From: Staphylococcus phage Fi4S2
Sequence record: PV037056.1
Length of the DNA: 64,000 nt
Strand: one strand, 5' to 3'
In this document: one piece after another, positions 37,955 through 47,955 of the stretch
Layout of the letters: each line of letters starts with the position of its first letter
Numbering within the stretch: the first letter of the stretch is position 1
Position numbers and translations under genes: made by a program
The notes under the pieces: generated by a model
Databases searched by the model: none
What the model saw: only the letters and a program-made list of their open reading frames with translations
Told to the model about the DNA's origin: nothing

Positions 37955-39200
37955 TCAAGAATACTGGAATTATCTCAGGTGAGCGTTTTTCATTGTCTGA
38001 TAAAATCATAACTGTTTGACTAGGGCTTGTATAACCAAACATATGCTCCTTAGAGTAGTTATTATACCCAATAGGGCTAGAGTTAACTACATGTAAGCTA
38101 TGCTTGTTCTCTTGAATAACATAGAAGTGATGTACATGACCAGTAATTAAGATGTCTACAGACTGACTATTAGGTAGTTTGTGCATTACAGGTTTTTTAT
38201 TAGGTAAAGACTCCCCGTGATTTAAGGCAATGTTATAGTTATATACCGTATCAACTGCATTGTGAATGTCTTTTCTGTTATCTATAATGTTTACACCTTG
38301 GAAAGCACCATGTTCTTGTAAGAATAATAGTTGGTCTAAAGCAATGTAAGCTACACTGTCATTGTAAATCTTATCATTCTTATTACCTTGTAGTCTATCG
38401 TGATTACCATGGACGATACTGAAAGTAACGTTACCATACTTGTTAAGGTCTTCAATGATGTCAGCTAGTAACCTAATACCCTTAGCAATCTGTTCAGATA
38501 ATGTAAACTCTGTCTCAAATGCTTGGTTAACATTTCTCATAGAAACGTGCTCAATAAGGTCTCCTACAAAGTAGATACGGAAGTTTGAGATATTTCTATC
38601 AGCAATCATTTCATGTACTCTATCTAAGTAAGTTTTTAAACGTTTTTTAAGTACCTCAAAGTTATACCCATCTGATAAAGAGTCAGTAAACGCAAAGCCT
38701 ACATGGAAGTCAGACAAGGTAAGCACCATAGTCTCTGAATCATCTTCCACAAAGTTAACCACTTCAGGTTTTTTATACTCAACAACATCAAAGTCACTGA
38801 ATGCATCCTCTAAGTCTACTTTAAGGTTATTCATTAGTGATGCCATATAAGCTCCACTCTTCATTACCTTATTAAAGTGTCGCATAGAAGCACGCTGTTC
38901 TTCCTGTGCAATAATAGATGGTGTTACCTCATTGATGTAGTCATTAGACTCAAATACCTGCTCTGATTTATAGTCTCTCAAGTCTTCTAACTTATATTCC
39001 CCTTGAATAGCTTTTGTAATGATTTCATCATAAGTAGGGTCATTAGCTAAGTCGTTGTATAGTTCTTGTATCTCCAAAGCGGGCATACGTTCATAACCTA
39101 GTTTATTTACTGCTATCTTGTTTACCTTTGCTGATGTGATTTTATTTTCTGTAGCTAATAACACTCCAAAAATTATTGCATACTGTTTTTCCATTTCCAT
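37941..39200 (-). CDS. calcineurin-like metallophosphoesterase (419 aa)
   Basis: Phosphoesterase motifs GDLIEH, GNHD and GHVHH in the C-terminal two-thirds. Confidence 0.65.
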   Translation of the reverse strand: MEMEKQYAIIFGVLLATENKITSAKVNKIAVNKLGYERMPALEIQELYNDLANDPTYDEIITKAIQGEYKLEDLRDYKSEQVFESNDYINEVTPSIIAQEEQRASMRHFNKVMKSGAYMASLMNNLKVDLEDAFSDFDVVEYKKPEVVNFVEDDSETMVLTLSDFHVGFAFTDSLSDGYNFEVLKKRLKTYLDRVHEMIADRNISNFRIYFVGDLIEHVSMRNVNQAFETEFTLSEQIAKGIRLLADIIEDLNKYGNVTFSIVHGNHDRLQGNKNDKIYNDSVAYIALDQLLFLQEHGAFQGVNIIDNRKDIHNAVDTVYNYNIALNHGESLPNKKPVMHKLPNSQSVDILITGHVHHFYVIQENKHSLHVVNSSPIGYNNYSKEHMFGYTSPSQTVMILSDNEKRSPEIIPVFLNGDA

Positions 39201-39229
39201 AAAGAAAATTCCTCCTGATTATGTTTTAT

Positions 39230-40120
39230 TTAAAATTTTGTTATGTCTTCTCTAGTTGTTAAATACTCGAACAGCTTATCACCTATCATTGAATTTACAG
39301 GACTGAAGTACACACTAGAGGCATGTGAGTTTCCTCTACCATTATCAGGATTGATAATTCTAGCTATAGCATCAGCTGATATATTCTCTGTTCTAATTAC
39401 TAACTTGTCAGATTTAGGTAAATGCTTACCTACAATTACAACCTTCTTATTGTACTGACTTAAGCTCGTGTTATTCATTATAGCATGAGCTACTTCATTT
39501 GTAAAGCGTTCTGCATAAAGAAAGGCTATACCTACATCATCTTTGTTATAAATCTGAGCTGACTGTTGTTTATGTGTAAGGTATTCCTGTCTTTGTTTAT
39601 GTACTTGCTCTATGATATACACATGTTGTTTAATTAAGTTAGTTACATTGTACTCTGCTTGAGTAAAGATGTCTATAAATCTTTCTTTATAGGTCTCTAA
39701 CAGGTCTCTGATAACTAATACCATTCTATCAGACAAATCATATTTATGATAACTATCAAGTAAGTTTACAATCGTGTCTGCCTCGACACCTAAGAGTAAA
39801 GCTAAGTGATGTATAGGTGCCTTAACAGAGTTATCTACATAAGAGCGTTGGTCAGGTATCATGTCACCATAACTGCACGTGTGTACAATCTCCATACCTC
39901 TATACGTACTTTCTACTTGATTTACAGGTCTTCTATCACGTTTTTCTTTGTAAGGAAACCCAAAGAGAACAATTTTATCTACATTGCCTAAGTTCTCTTT
40001 AGTTAGGTCTTTAAAGTCAAACTTATAACGATAGTGTATCTCTGCTTCTTCCTCTCTTAATAAGTAAGGTACATAATAGCTATCAGGCAATCCCTTATTT
40101 AAAATAGCTAATGTTTTCAT
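39230..40120 (-). CDS. hypothetical protein (296 aa)
   Basis: ORF in the array. Confidence 0.4.
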   Translation of the reverse strand: MKTLAILNKGLPDSYYVPYLLREEEAEIHYRYKFDFKDLTKENLGNVDKIVLFGFPYKEKRDRRPVNQVESTYRGMEIVHTCSYGDMIPDQRSYVDNSVKAPIHHLALLLGVEADTIVNLLDSYHKYDLSDRMVLVIRDLLETYKERFIDIFTQAEYNVTNLIKQHVYIIEQVHKQRQEYLTHKQQSAQIYNKDDVGIAFLYAERFTNEVAHAIMNNTSLSQYNKKVVIVGKHLPKSDKLVIRTENISADAIARIINPDNGRGNSHASSVYFSPVNSMIGDKLFEYLTTREDITKF

Positions 40121-40121
40121 A

Positions 40122-40361
40122 CTATTCCTCCTTTTTTACAAACACATAACCAATGACTGTATCATCTACATCTGAGATACCTTGCTCTTTTAAGATGTAG
40201 TTATGTTCTCTTGCAGTAGTATCTGTGAAGTTCATGATACTCTCAGCCTTACCTGATAAGACAAAAGGTGCATCTAACACCAATTCAATCTCAGGGTCTC
40301 CTTCTTTCATAGCTTTCTTAATCTTTGGCATGTCGTTAATGTTTCTCAGTACTAACTTCAT
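40122..40361 (-). CDS. hypothetical protein (79 aa)
   Basis: ORF in the array. Confidence 0.4.
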   Translation of the reverse strand: MKLVLRNINDMPKIKKAMKEGDPEIELVLDAPFVLSGKAESIMNFTDTTAREHNYILKEQGISDVDDTVIGYVFVKKEE

Positions 40362-40363
40362 AT

Positions 40364-40864
40364 TTATTCCTCCTCTAGACTATTAAAAAATTCATAAGTT
40401 TTTTGTATCTTATTACATTCTACCATGTTACCTTTATTTCTGTCAAGCCCTATTTTTAAGAAATCTTCAAGGGAACCTTTCCAACATCCTGCAAATACTG
40501 TATCCTCTGTCACGTTATAAGTAGCTTTACCCCAATATGTCCCTATATTATCAACTGAATAGAGCTCTATACCTTCTAAGTTAGTGATATGAGCTTCTGT
40601 AAAGTCATTACCGCTTATCTCACAATCATCTAAGAAGAGTGTAGAAGAGAAGTCTGTATACTCAAAATTATTGTCCTCTATTCTACAGTGCTTAAATATA
40701 CAACCTCTAAATGAAGCTTCTTCTAAATCCTTATTAATTAGTGTTACATTTTCTAGCTTTTTATTTCTTAAGTCCAATCTCTCTCCTGATTTACCATTAC
40801 TATCTAACCATTCATAGTGTAAACTACAGAGTATTGCCATGTCTTTTTGGTTTACTGTTTTCAT
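40364..40864 (-). CDS. pentapeptide-repeat protein (166 aa)
   Basis: About 15 consecutive 5-residue repeats with L/F/I at the central position (RLDLR NKKLE NVTLI NKDLE EASFR GCIFK HCRIE DNNFE YTDFS ...). Confidence 0.6.
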   Translation of the reverse strand: MKTVNQKDMAILCSLHYEWLDSNGKSGERLDLRNKKLENVTLINKDLEEASFRGCIFKHCRIEDNNFEYTDFSSTLFLDDCEISGNDFTEAHITNLEGIELYSVDNIGTYWGKATYNVTEDTVFAGCWKGSLEDFLKIGLDRNKGNMVECNKIQKTYEFFNSLEEE

Positions 40865-40966
40865 ATTTTACATACTCCTCCTTCATATGTATCTACTATA
40901 TCACACTCTTGATAAAAAGTCAAAAAAAAGACTAGGAAATTAATCCTAGCCTATCTACTAACCTTA

Positions 40967-41182
40967 TTATGCTGGTGCTGAAGCATTTGTCGTAAATGCA
41001 GGTACATCTACTTTTTTAGATTCCTTAGAACCATCCGTGAAGGATACTTGGAAATCACCTTCTGCATAGTCAGTGCCTGCTGTAAGCCCAGTAATCTCTA
41101 CTGTGGTAGCTCCTGTGCCACTAACTTCTTGTTGAGCAACTTCTTCTCCTGATTTCTTGTATACTTTTAATGTTTTAGCCAT
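40967..41182 (-). CDS. small Ig/FN3-like domain protein (71 aa), paralog of the 41202..41723 N-terminus
   Basis: LKVYKKSGEEV...TVEITGLTAGTDYAEGDFQVSFTDGSKESKKVDVPAFTT versus LNLYKGTELV...EVLIEGLKSNTNFAKGDYKVSFSNDSGESNKVDVPSFKT. Confidence 0.5.
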   Translation of the reverse strand: MAKTLKVYKKSGEEVAQQEVSGTGATTVEITGLTAGTDYAEGDFQVSFTDGSKESKKVDVPAFTTNASAPA

Positions 41183-41201
41183 TATTTAATCATCCTTCCT
41201 A

Positions 41202-41723
41202 TTAGTCTACTGAAATTGTAGCTGACTCTTCTGCTGGTGTTACATTTACATTAGTAGGTTCTGCTGGTGCTGGTACAGTTACGTTTACTGTTACTTCTGA
41301 AGAAGCATTACCATCGTTAGATGCTACTAAAATTGTTGTACTACCTTCACCTACAGCAGTAATCTGACCACTGCCATCAACTGTCGCTACTGCTTCATTG
41401 TTTGAGACAAATCCTAAAGTCTTATCAGAAGCATTGTTTGGTGTTACTGTAGCACTAATAGTAGCTGTTCCACCCACTTCTAAGTCTTCTGTAGCATTAG
41501 TTACTTGAATAGCTGATACTAAAATAGCTAAAGTCTTGAAGCTTGGGACATCTACTTTATTAGACTCACCACTATCATTACTGAAAGAAACCTTATAGTC
41601 ACCTTTGGCAAAGTTTGTATTAGACTTTAACCCTTCGATAAGCACTTCAGTAGCACCTTCTTGGTTTGCATCTACAGATTTTACTAGTTCGGTTCCCTTA
41701 TACAAGTTTAGTTTGTTTGCCAT
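41202..41723 (-). CDS. Ig-like (Big_2) domain protein (173 aa)
   Basis: C-terminal Big_2-type segment: LGFVSNNEAVATVDGSGQITAVGEGSTTILVASNDGN...VTV. Confidence 0.6.
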   Translation of the reverse strand: MANKLNLYKGTELVKSVDANQEGATEVLIEGLKSNTNFAKGDYKVSFSNDSGESNKVDVPSFKTLAILVSAIQVTNATEDLEVGGTATISATVTPNNASDKTLGFVSNNEAVATVDGSGQITAVGEGSTTILVASNDGNASSEVTVNVTVPAPAEPTNVNVTPAEESATISVD

Positions 41724-41791
41724 TTGTACATCTCTCCAGTTGTTTTAAAATATTTATAATCAGCAGAGTTGCCCCTGCTGTTATATGCTAC

Positions 41792-42637
41792 CTATTCTGC
41801 TGATACATTAGCGCTTGTCTCTTGTGCATCTACTTGGACATTTGTAGGTGCTTCAGGTTCTTGACTACCTGTGCTAGGCTTTACTGTTACTGTAGATGTA
41901 GCACGTAATTTACCATCAGCTGTTGTAACAGTGATAGTTGCTGTACCTTCTGCTACAGCTGTAATAAGACCTGTGCTGTTAATCTTAGCTACCGTCTCTT
42001 TAGAAGATGTCAGTACAACATCTTTATTAGAAGCATAAGTAGGTGTAATAAGCGTTAAGATTTGTTCTGTTTCACCAATATTTAATTCAACAGACTCTTT
42101 ATCAAATGCTACAGATTGTACGTGAGCATTCTTATCGAATTTACCTTTAACAATTTCTTCTGAAGCTTGAGCGTTAGTTTCTACTAAGTTACCAAAAGCC
42201 TCTGCATGAGCTACTGAAGAGAAGCTACCTTCACCGTCAGCAATCATAATGTGGTAAACTGTCATAGAGAAACGTGAGCTAGCAAAAGCTAAGAATGCTT
42301 GAAGTACAGCATGTTCTTTTGTTTGCTTTCCAACACTTTCTTGTTTAATGATAGGATGTTGGAATGGGTCATCCATAGTACTAACTACAAAGTGTACTTC
42401 CTCTCCATCTGTCATGATGATTGGAGATTTCTTAAACACTTTAAGCTCATTAGCTCCTGTAGTTTCAATAGGGTAAACACCATACTCTTCTCCATCTTTT
42501 TGAACTAGGTAAGAATAGAACCCTTCATAAGTTCCTGTGTAACCATCAGGTGTTGTCTTTACTTGTAAATATGTGTTATCAATAGCTGGGGCACTCTCTT
42601 TGATGATTTCAAGAATGTCTTTTGATTCAACTGCCAT
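41792..42637 (-). CDS. Ig-like (Big_2) domain protein (281 aa)
   Basis: C-terminal Big_2 segment: VVLTSSKETVAKINSTGLITAVAEGTATITVTTADGKLRATSTVTV. Confidence 0.6.
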   Translation of the reverse strand: MAVESKDILEIIKESAPAIDNTYLQVKTTPDGYTGTYEGFYSYLVQKDGEEYGVYPIETTGANELKVFKKSPIIMTDGEEVHFVVSTMDDPFQHPIIKQESVGKQTKEHAVLQAFLAFASSRFSMTVYHIMIADGEGSFSSVAHAEAFGNLVETNAQASEEIVKGKFDKNAHVQSVAFDKESVELNIGETEQILTLITPTYASNKDVVLTSSKETVAKINSTGLITAVAEGTATITVTTADGKLRATSTVTVKPSTGSQEPEAPTNVQVDAQETSANVSAE

Positions 42638-42667
42638 AGACTTTCAATCCTCTCTTATGTATATATT

Positions 42668-43012
42668 TTATTTATTTTGCTGTTTGTACTCTTTTTTATC
42701 GGGTATAGCCTGTTTAGCAACTTCTGCTCTAGCACGTCCGCCTTTAGTGATGTTAAGGTTTTTATACGCTGTAACAGCAATTGCAATAGTTGAGATAATT
42801 AAGTTTACATATGAAGCTAATTCATCATCTGTAATACCTAATAGTGAGTTACCAGTAATAGATGTATAAACCATGTTTAGTAATGTAATGATAGCTACTA
42901 CTAATGGTGTAAATTGTAGGTAGTTAACTCTAGTCTCTTTAGCACCAGGTACGTAAACCTCAACTGTATCTAATTTTTCTGTTGCTTGGTCTTTATCAAT
43001 AGGAGTTCCCAC
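42668..43012 (-). CDS. membrane protein (114 aa, 2 TM)
   Basis: Two hydrophobic helices flanked by charged termini. Confidence 0.45.
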   Translation of the reverse strand: MGTPIDKDQATEKLDTVEVYVPGAKETRVNYLQFTPLVVAIITLLNMVYTSITGNSLLGITDDELASYVNLIISTIAIAVTAYKNLNITKGGRARAEVAKQAIPDKKEYKQQNK

Positions 43013-43103
43013 GAAAAATTCCCCTTTCTGTATTTGTTTTCAAAATTAATATAGCACTACTGTAGTGAGCCTTATAGACAATATAGCAGAAAGGGCAGGG
43101 TAG

Positions 43104-43757
43104 TTACAAGTTATCTACCTTAGTATTAACGTGTCCTTTTTCATTTATTCCTAGGTTTGGAGACAAAGCTTCAAACTCTTTACAACGGTCTTTAATGTAT
43201 GTATAAAGACTATTGTAAGCCTCTACAACTTCTTTACGATTTATGTTTTCTGACTTAGAAATGATAGATATGATTCTAGGGTGTTCTAACTTGTATTTAT
43301 TACTAACTAAATAAGAGAGTAGTAACTTTTGAAGGTCAGTAAACTCCCCTTCCTCAATAACATAACTAAAGAGCTCTGCATCTTCTAATGAGTCATCTGT
43401 AGCTTCTGCTAACATCTCAATAGAATCATCGTTACTACCTAAGAATTCATTGTGTTCTTTTTTAACTCTATTCTTTACATAGCTTTCTTTTACACGTAGA
43501 CTTAGTTTGGTTTTTATATAACCAGGAAAATCTACAGAAGAACCAACATTGTATTCCTTAGTTAACAAGATAAACTGCTCATCTATATACTCTCTCAGTT
43601 CTTCTTTCTTGACATGGTTATCAAATCTCCAAGCATGTTGTTGATAGATAGCGTGTCTTAGATTAGCATACTGAAGATATAGTTTATCTAAGTCTCTTTG
43701 GAATGTAACATTAAGTCCATCTGTATCAGTAATGTATCTATTACCATTAGACTTCAT
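43104..43757 (-). CDS. sigma-70-family-like RNA polymerase sigma factor (217 aa)
   Basis: Region-2-like EELREYIDEQFILLTKEYNVGSSVDFPGYIKTKLSLRVK and a C-terminal region-4-like HTH. The size fits phage middle-gene sigma factors. Confidence 0.5.
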   Translation of the reverse strand: MKSNGNRYITDTDGLNVTFQRDLDKLYLQYANLRHAIYQQHAWRFDNHVKKEELREYIDEQFILLTKEYNVGSSVDFPGYIKTKLSLRVKESYVKNRVKKEHNEFLGSNDDSIEMLAEATDDSLEDAELFSYVIEEGEFTDLQKLLLSYLVSNKYKLEHPRIISIISKSENINRKEVVEAYNSLYTYIKDRCKEFEALSPNLGINEKGHVNTKVDNL

Positions 43758-44094
43758 ATGGGTTTTCCTTTACAGGTACGATACGTTTTTTAATTGTAGG
43801 GTTCGTGATATATAGGTCTGAGTAATGAATAGTTTCAGGTACTTTAACTACCTCACCTAAATACCATACTTCAGAGTATCCTCCAACCCATCTATCTCCT
43901 ACATAATTAATATAAATCTTAGTTGAGCTAGAACTAGGGAAACTGCTATCTTCAACTAAGATTGGTTCTCCTGATTCAAACCATTCTTGCATTCTACGTT
44001 TAATGTCTATGTAAGGGATAGGGGTCTTATTGACCCCTTCTTGCTTTAAGTACTCTTCTACAGCTTGCTCAAACTTAGTCTTCTGTGCTTCCAT
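43747..44094 (-). CDS. hypothetical protein (115 aa)
   Basis: ORF overlapping both neighbours. Confidence 0.4.
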   Translation of the reverse strand: MEAQKTKFEQAVEEYLKQEGVNKTPIPYIDIKRRMQEWFESGEPILVEDSSFPSSSSTKIYINYVGDRWVGGYSEVWYLGEVVKVPETIHYSDLYITNPTIKKRIVPVKENPYEV

Positions 44095-45403
44095 CTGTAC
44101 TTACCTCACTTTCTTCTGCTTGTGAGTTCTCTGTAGCTTCTTTCTCTTCAAACAAACGTTTTAGTTCTTTCATACCTAGCTTATCAGAAACGTCAATTAG
44201 CTGATTATTAAATGCAGGGTATCCTTTTTGGAACATCTTGAAGTAAGTTCTACCTACAATCTCTTCAATTAGTTCAGGGTCTTCATTATAGTAAAAGAAC
44301 ATTGTCCAGTCTTTCATGTATTTCTTATGTTCTTGACCATGCTTATCTACAAACACTTTCCAAGAACCTCTAGAATCTAAAATCTTATTGTTGTCTGCTG
44401 ACATAGCAAAGTTAACCATAGGGTCAAAACCATTAATCTCTGTACCATCATCTAACTCATATTCACTAGCAATGAAAGCTTTAGCTTTTTGGTTAGGTCT
44501 AGATACTTTAGATTTTTTAGTTGTTACTTGCATGTTATGTCCTACATAGTCACCATATTGGCTAGCAGAAGTAGGTTTTTTCTGATTAAACTTACTAGCA
44601 TCTACTTGGTTAACTAGTAATTGAAGTGATACAACGTGTTCAAGAGCTTTACCTCCTGGAGAATCAATGTTATCTCCATGACCAAAGCTACCACCCATGA
44701 CATCACGAGCTTGGTTGATACAAACTAAAGCTACGTTATAACCATTTACTAATGGTGTTACTTTGTTAAAGAATTTAGCTAGAGATTTAGCTTTTAAACC
44801 AGGTCTTTCTGAGTCATAGTCACTTTCCATTTCTACTTTAGAAGAAGTGGCCGCTATTGAGTCCCATATGATTAAAAGAGGTGTATTGGGGCTGTTATCT
44901 CTAAATACCTTTAAGAGGTTCTCAATCTTCTCACCAATAATTTCTACTGTAAGTGGGTCTACCATGTTAGTTTTAGGATTAAATTCAGGCTGAATAGCAA
45001 AAACCTTTTCAGTGTCAATCCCTAACTGAGTTAAACGGTTTATGTCACTAGTTCCTTCTACGTCAATCCATACAGTTACTACATCAAGGTCACTAGCTTG
45101 TTTTGATAAGGCTAAAGCAAATGTACTCTTACCTGATGCCTTCTTACCAAAAATCTCAGTTACACGACCAAAAGGAATGCCTCCTCCTAAAATCCTATCA
45201 TATTGAGGAATACCTGTAGGTAGCCAATTAGATACATTAGCGTAAGTGTTATCTCTCATTAGTGTTAGACCTACGTCCTTACCTAGTTTTAATACTGATA
45301 AGGCATCTAGTGGTTCTCCTGCCACCTGTGTTGTGTTTGTATTTTCACTTTGTTTTTTACGTGACATGTATATAAAACTCCTTTTTTTATATAATTTATT
45401 CAA
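44075..45403 (-). CDS. RecA/UvsX-like recombinase (442 aa)
   Basis: PTGIPQYDRILGGGIPFGRVTEIFGKKASGKSTFALAL...VWIDVEGT matches the RecA core: the GGlPxGRiveIyGpesSGKTT Walker A region and the IDaE segment. Confidence 0.75.
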   Translation of the reverse strand: MNKLYKKRSFIYMSRKKQSENTNTTQVAGEPLDALSVLKLGKDVGLTLMRDNTYANVSNWLPTGIPQYDRILGGGIPFGRVTEIFGKKASGKSTFALALSKQASDLDVVTVWIDVEGTSDINRLTQLGIDTEKVFAIQPEFNPKTNMVDPLTVEIIGEKIENLLKVFRDNSPNTPLLIIWDSIAATSSKVEMESDYDSERPGLKAKSLAKFFNKVTPLVNGYNVALVCINQARDVMGGSFGHGDNIDSPGGKALEHVVSLQLLVNQVDASKFNQKKPTSASQYGDYVGHNMQVTTKKSKVSRPNQKAKAFIASEYELDDGTEINGFDPMVNFAMSADNNKILDSRGSWKVFVDKHGQEHKKYMKDWTMFFYYNEDPELIEEIVGRTYFKMFQKGYPAFNNQLIDVSDKLGMKELKRLFEEKEATENSQAEESEVSTDGSTED

Positions 45404-45442
45404 AATGAAAGCTAGGTTATCACCTAGCTTATAAAGTTACTA

Positions 45443-46633
45443 TTAACCGTTTAATACATCATCTAGTAATGACTGCACATCATCAGGCATGTTATCCTGA
45501 GTTGGCTGTTGTGGAGGTTCTACATTTGTATTAGGTTGTTGTGGCTGTTGTTGTTGTTGTTGTTGTTGTTGTGGCTGAGTCTGTTGAGGTTGAGCCACTT
45601 CAGGTTGTGCTTGTTGTTGACTTACTGGAGTACCTTGATATTGATTTACTCCTGGTTGATTGTATTGACCAACCTGTCCTTGCTGTTGTTGGTTATAAGA
45701 CTGTTGTGGTTGTTGCGGTTGTTGCGGTTGTTGCTGTACAGGCTGTTGTACTGGTTGTTGTACTGGTTGTTGAGGTGGTACATTAGCCTGTGCTTGTTGA
45801 TTAGATTGTTGTGGTGTAGCTTGTGATTTAAATGGTGAGTTGTAATCAGGAGTAGCTCCTTGACCACTATCTTCACCCATCATTGGTTGTTGTGCTTCTA
45901 CATAAGGTGCTACAAACTTGTCAATTACTGTATCTGATGTTGTTTTAGACAACTCTTGTAAGTCTGCTGAGTTCTCTTTCCATCCTTGAGGTAATGGAGG
46001 TAACACAACATTAGTGTATGGTTGAATTGTCCATTTCTTAACTTGGTCTGATTGTTTTGGTTTCTCAAACTTAACTAATGTACCAAAGTCTTCTGATACA
46101 AAGCTGTAGTCTGACGTACAACCTGCTGGACGTAATTTAGCGTCACCAATTAATTTCATCAAATCAACATAAGCACCATTTGGAATCTCCATAGGTTGAA
46201 CAATTGGATTTCCTTGTGCATCTACATTATATTGGAATCCTTGGTTTGTTTCAAATACTTTAATCACGTTAAACATAAATGTAGGTTTTAATGAAGGTGT
46301 GAATCTACCTAATGGGTATCCTTTTTGTAACCACTCATTTAATTTAGCTTCTGCATAAGTTGAGTTATCATCAAGAGGTACTTGAATTGATTGATACTTT
46401 GTTTGACCTTCTTTAGGGAAAGATACTAACGCTTTACGAGTCATAACTCCAAAATGACCGTCAGGTTGTACAACAGGTACAACACGTACATAAATTTCAT
46501 ACCCGTCAGCTTTTCCTTTACCCATTTGAATGTGTGGATGAGGTTGTTTGTATCTATCCTGATTACCTTCTCCGTTACCACCGTTGTTATCGAATTTATT
46601 GATTTCTGATTGTACTAAGTCTGCAAATGACAT
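45443..46633 (-). CDS. putative ssDNA-binding protein (396 aa) with a Q/P-rich low-complexity region (polyQ9) and an acidic C-terminal tail
   Basis: Position between the recombinase and the polymerase. The acidic tail ...DDVQSLLDDVLNG is SSB/gp32-like. The Q-rich tract is encoded by (CAA)n, seen as (TTG)9 on the + strand at ~45541-45570. The function is inferred, not motif-proven. Confidence 0.3.
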   Translation of the reverse strand: MSFADLVQSEINKFDNNGGNGEGNQDRYKQPHPHIQMGKGKADGYEIYVRVVPVVQPDGHFGVMTRKALVSFPKEGQTKYQSIQVPLDDNSTYAEAKLNEWLQKGYPLGRFTPSLKPTFMFNVIKVFETNQGFQYNVDAQGNPIVQPMEIPNGAYVDLMKLIGDAKLRPAGCTSDYSFVSEDFGTLVKFEKPKQSDQVKKWTIQPYTNVVLPPLPQGWKENSADLQELSKTTSDTVIDKFVAPYVEAQQPMMGEDSGQGATPDYNSPFKSQATPQQSNQQAQANVPPQQPVQQPVQQPVQQQPQQPQQPQQSYNQQQQGQVGQYNQPGVNQYQGTPVSQQQAQPEVAQPQQTQPQQQQQQQQQPQQPNTNVEPPQQPTQDNMPDDVQSLLDDVLNG

Positions 46634-46715
46634 ATTAAATGTCCTCCTCTAATTTGTTTTATTATTTGTTACTTATTTAGTATAACATAGCTGTTTAAGC
46701 ATGTCAACCCTTATT

Positions 46716-47210
46716 TTAATTTATTTTCCAATCTCTTGTTCCGTGCTCAATGTCTTTACGTAAATGAGCTGTGTATTGAACTAACATGTCTTTACGTTGC
46801 TCAAATGCTTTAAGAATTGTCTTAAGTTGCTCTTTTTGATAAGTTAATGTATTAACATTATGTTGTTGGTCAGTATACTTTTGTCTAGTCATAATCTCTG
46901 CCTCAATAACGTCTTTAGTAGGTGGCTTATCTCCTCTAGCTTTATACTCCTGTCTAATAGATAAGTTAAGCTCACTTCCTATCATAGAAAGCCTTGTTTC
47001 AGCTTCCTCTAAGTAAAAGCTAATACGGTTAAAAACATCTGCATAGCGTCTATACTTTACGTGCTGTTCCTTTAACTCTGAGTTAGCATTATAATCATTT
47101 ACGGACAAGTCTTGTAAGACATCGTAGTCTATGTACTGTCCTTGATTATCTACTACCCTAATAACATCATGGTTTATTGCATCTACTCTAATCTCTAACA
47201 GATTGTTCAC
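46716..47210 (-). CDS. hypothetical protein (164 aa)
   Basis: ORF in the array. Confidence 0.4.
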   Translation of the reverse strand: MNNLLEIRVDAINHDVIRVVDNQGQYIDYDVLQDLSVNDYNANSELKEQHVKYRRYADVFNRISFYLEEAETRLSMIGSELNLSIRQEYKARGDKPPTKDVIEAEIMTRQKYTDQQHNVNTLTYQKEQLKTILKAFEQRKDMLVQYTAHLRKDIEHGTRDWKIN

Positions 47211-47276
47211 AACAACACTCCTTTCTTCTTACTTTAATAACTATACCATACGAGTTAATAGAAGTCAAGACCTATT

Positions 47277-47955
47277 TTAAATATTTCTATATAGGTCTTT
47301 TTGTGACTCTACTTTATCCACTAAAGTATCGTACTGCTCTTTAGTAATAACTTTTGACTGTTTTGTATACTTGAGTTTAGCTAGGTCTCCATAAAACTTA
47401 AGGTACCCTTTTACTGAATTAAATGTGTTATAATCTTCAGGATGTAAATCAACCATGTCATTATAACTAGCACCTATTTCAGCATCTGCTGTTACAGGGA
47501 ATCTCATACGCTCACCATTGCGTTCAATGAATAAGAAGTCATACGGTAAGTTTTCCATAATATACTTAACAGCTTTAGAAACCTCTAGTACCTCATCTTC
47601 AGGAGAATCTACAACAATACTATCATGTACTGTTAGTATAAGTTTAGACTTATAATTGTGTTTTGTCAAGAAGTCATCAATAAAAGTTAAGGCCATATTA
47701 GTTAAATAAGCACCTGTACCTTGAATAATAGCATTAAAAGATTGTCTTAAGGCTCTATTCTTTATTTGATTATCTCTACTTTGTGCTCCTTTAAGAATAC
47801 GTCTATGACCGTGCATAGTCTCTACATAGCCTACTTTAATAGCCTGCTGATGCACATCATCAATAGCTTGTTTTACCTGTGGCTTAGTTCTATAGTATTG
47901 CTCAAATATACTCTCTGCCTCTTCTACAGACATGTCATTCTTAGCAGAGAATGAC
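47277..47955 (-). CDS. polA: family-A DNA polymerase, 3' exon (motif C region)
   Basis: ...SFSAKNDMSVEEAESIFEQYYRTKPQV...GYVETMHGHRRIL...RALRQSFNAIIQGTGA...TVHDSIVVD corresponds to the Pol I region after motif B through motif C (HDE). The in-frame stop lies at 47970-47972, so the exon begins about 47955. Confidence 0.7.

Noticed and set aside
45509-45876. Three plus/minus-strand ORFs (45509..45826, 45541..45786, 45646..45876) encoding poly-Leu/Val/Asn proteins
   Set aside because: They are frame artefacts of the (CAA/CAG)n coding repeat in the real leftward gene 45443..46633.
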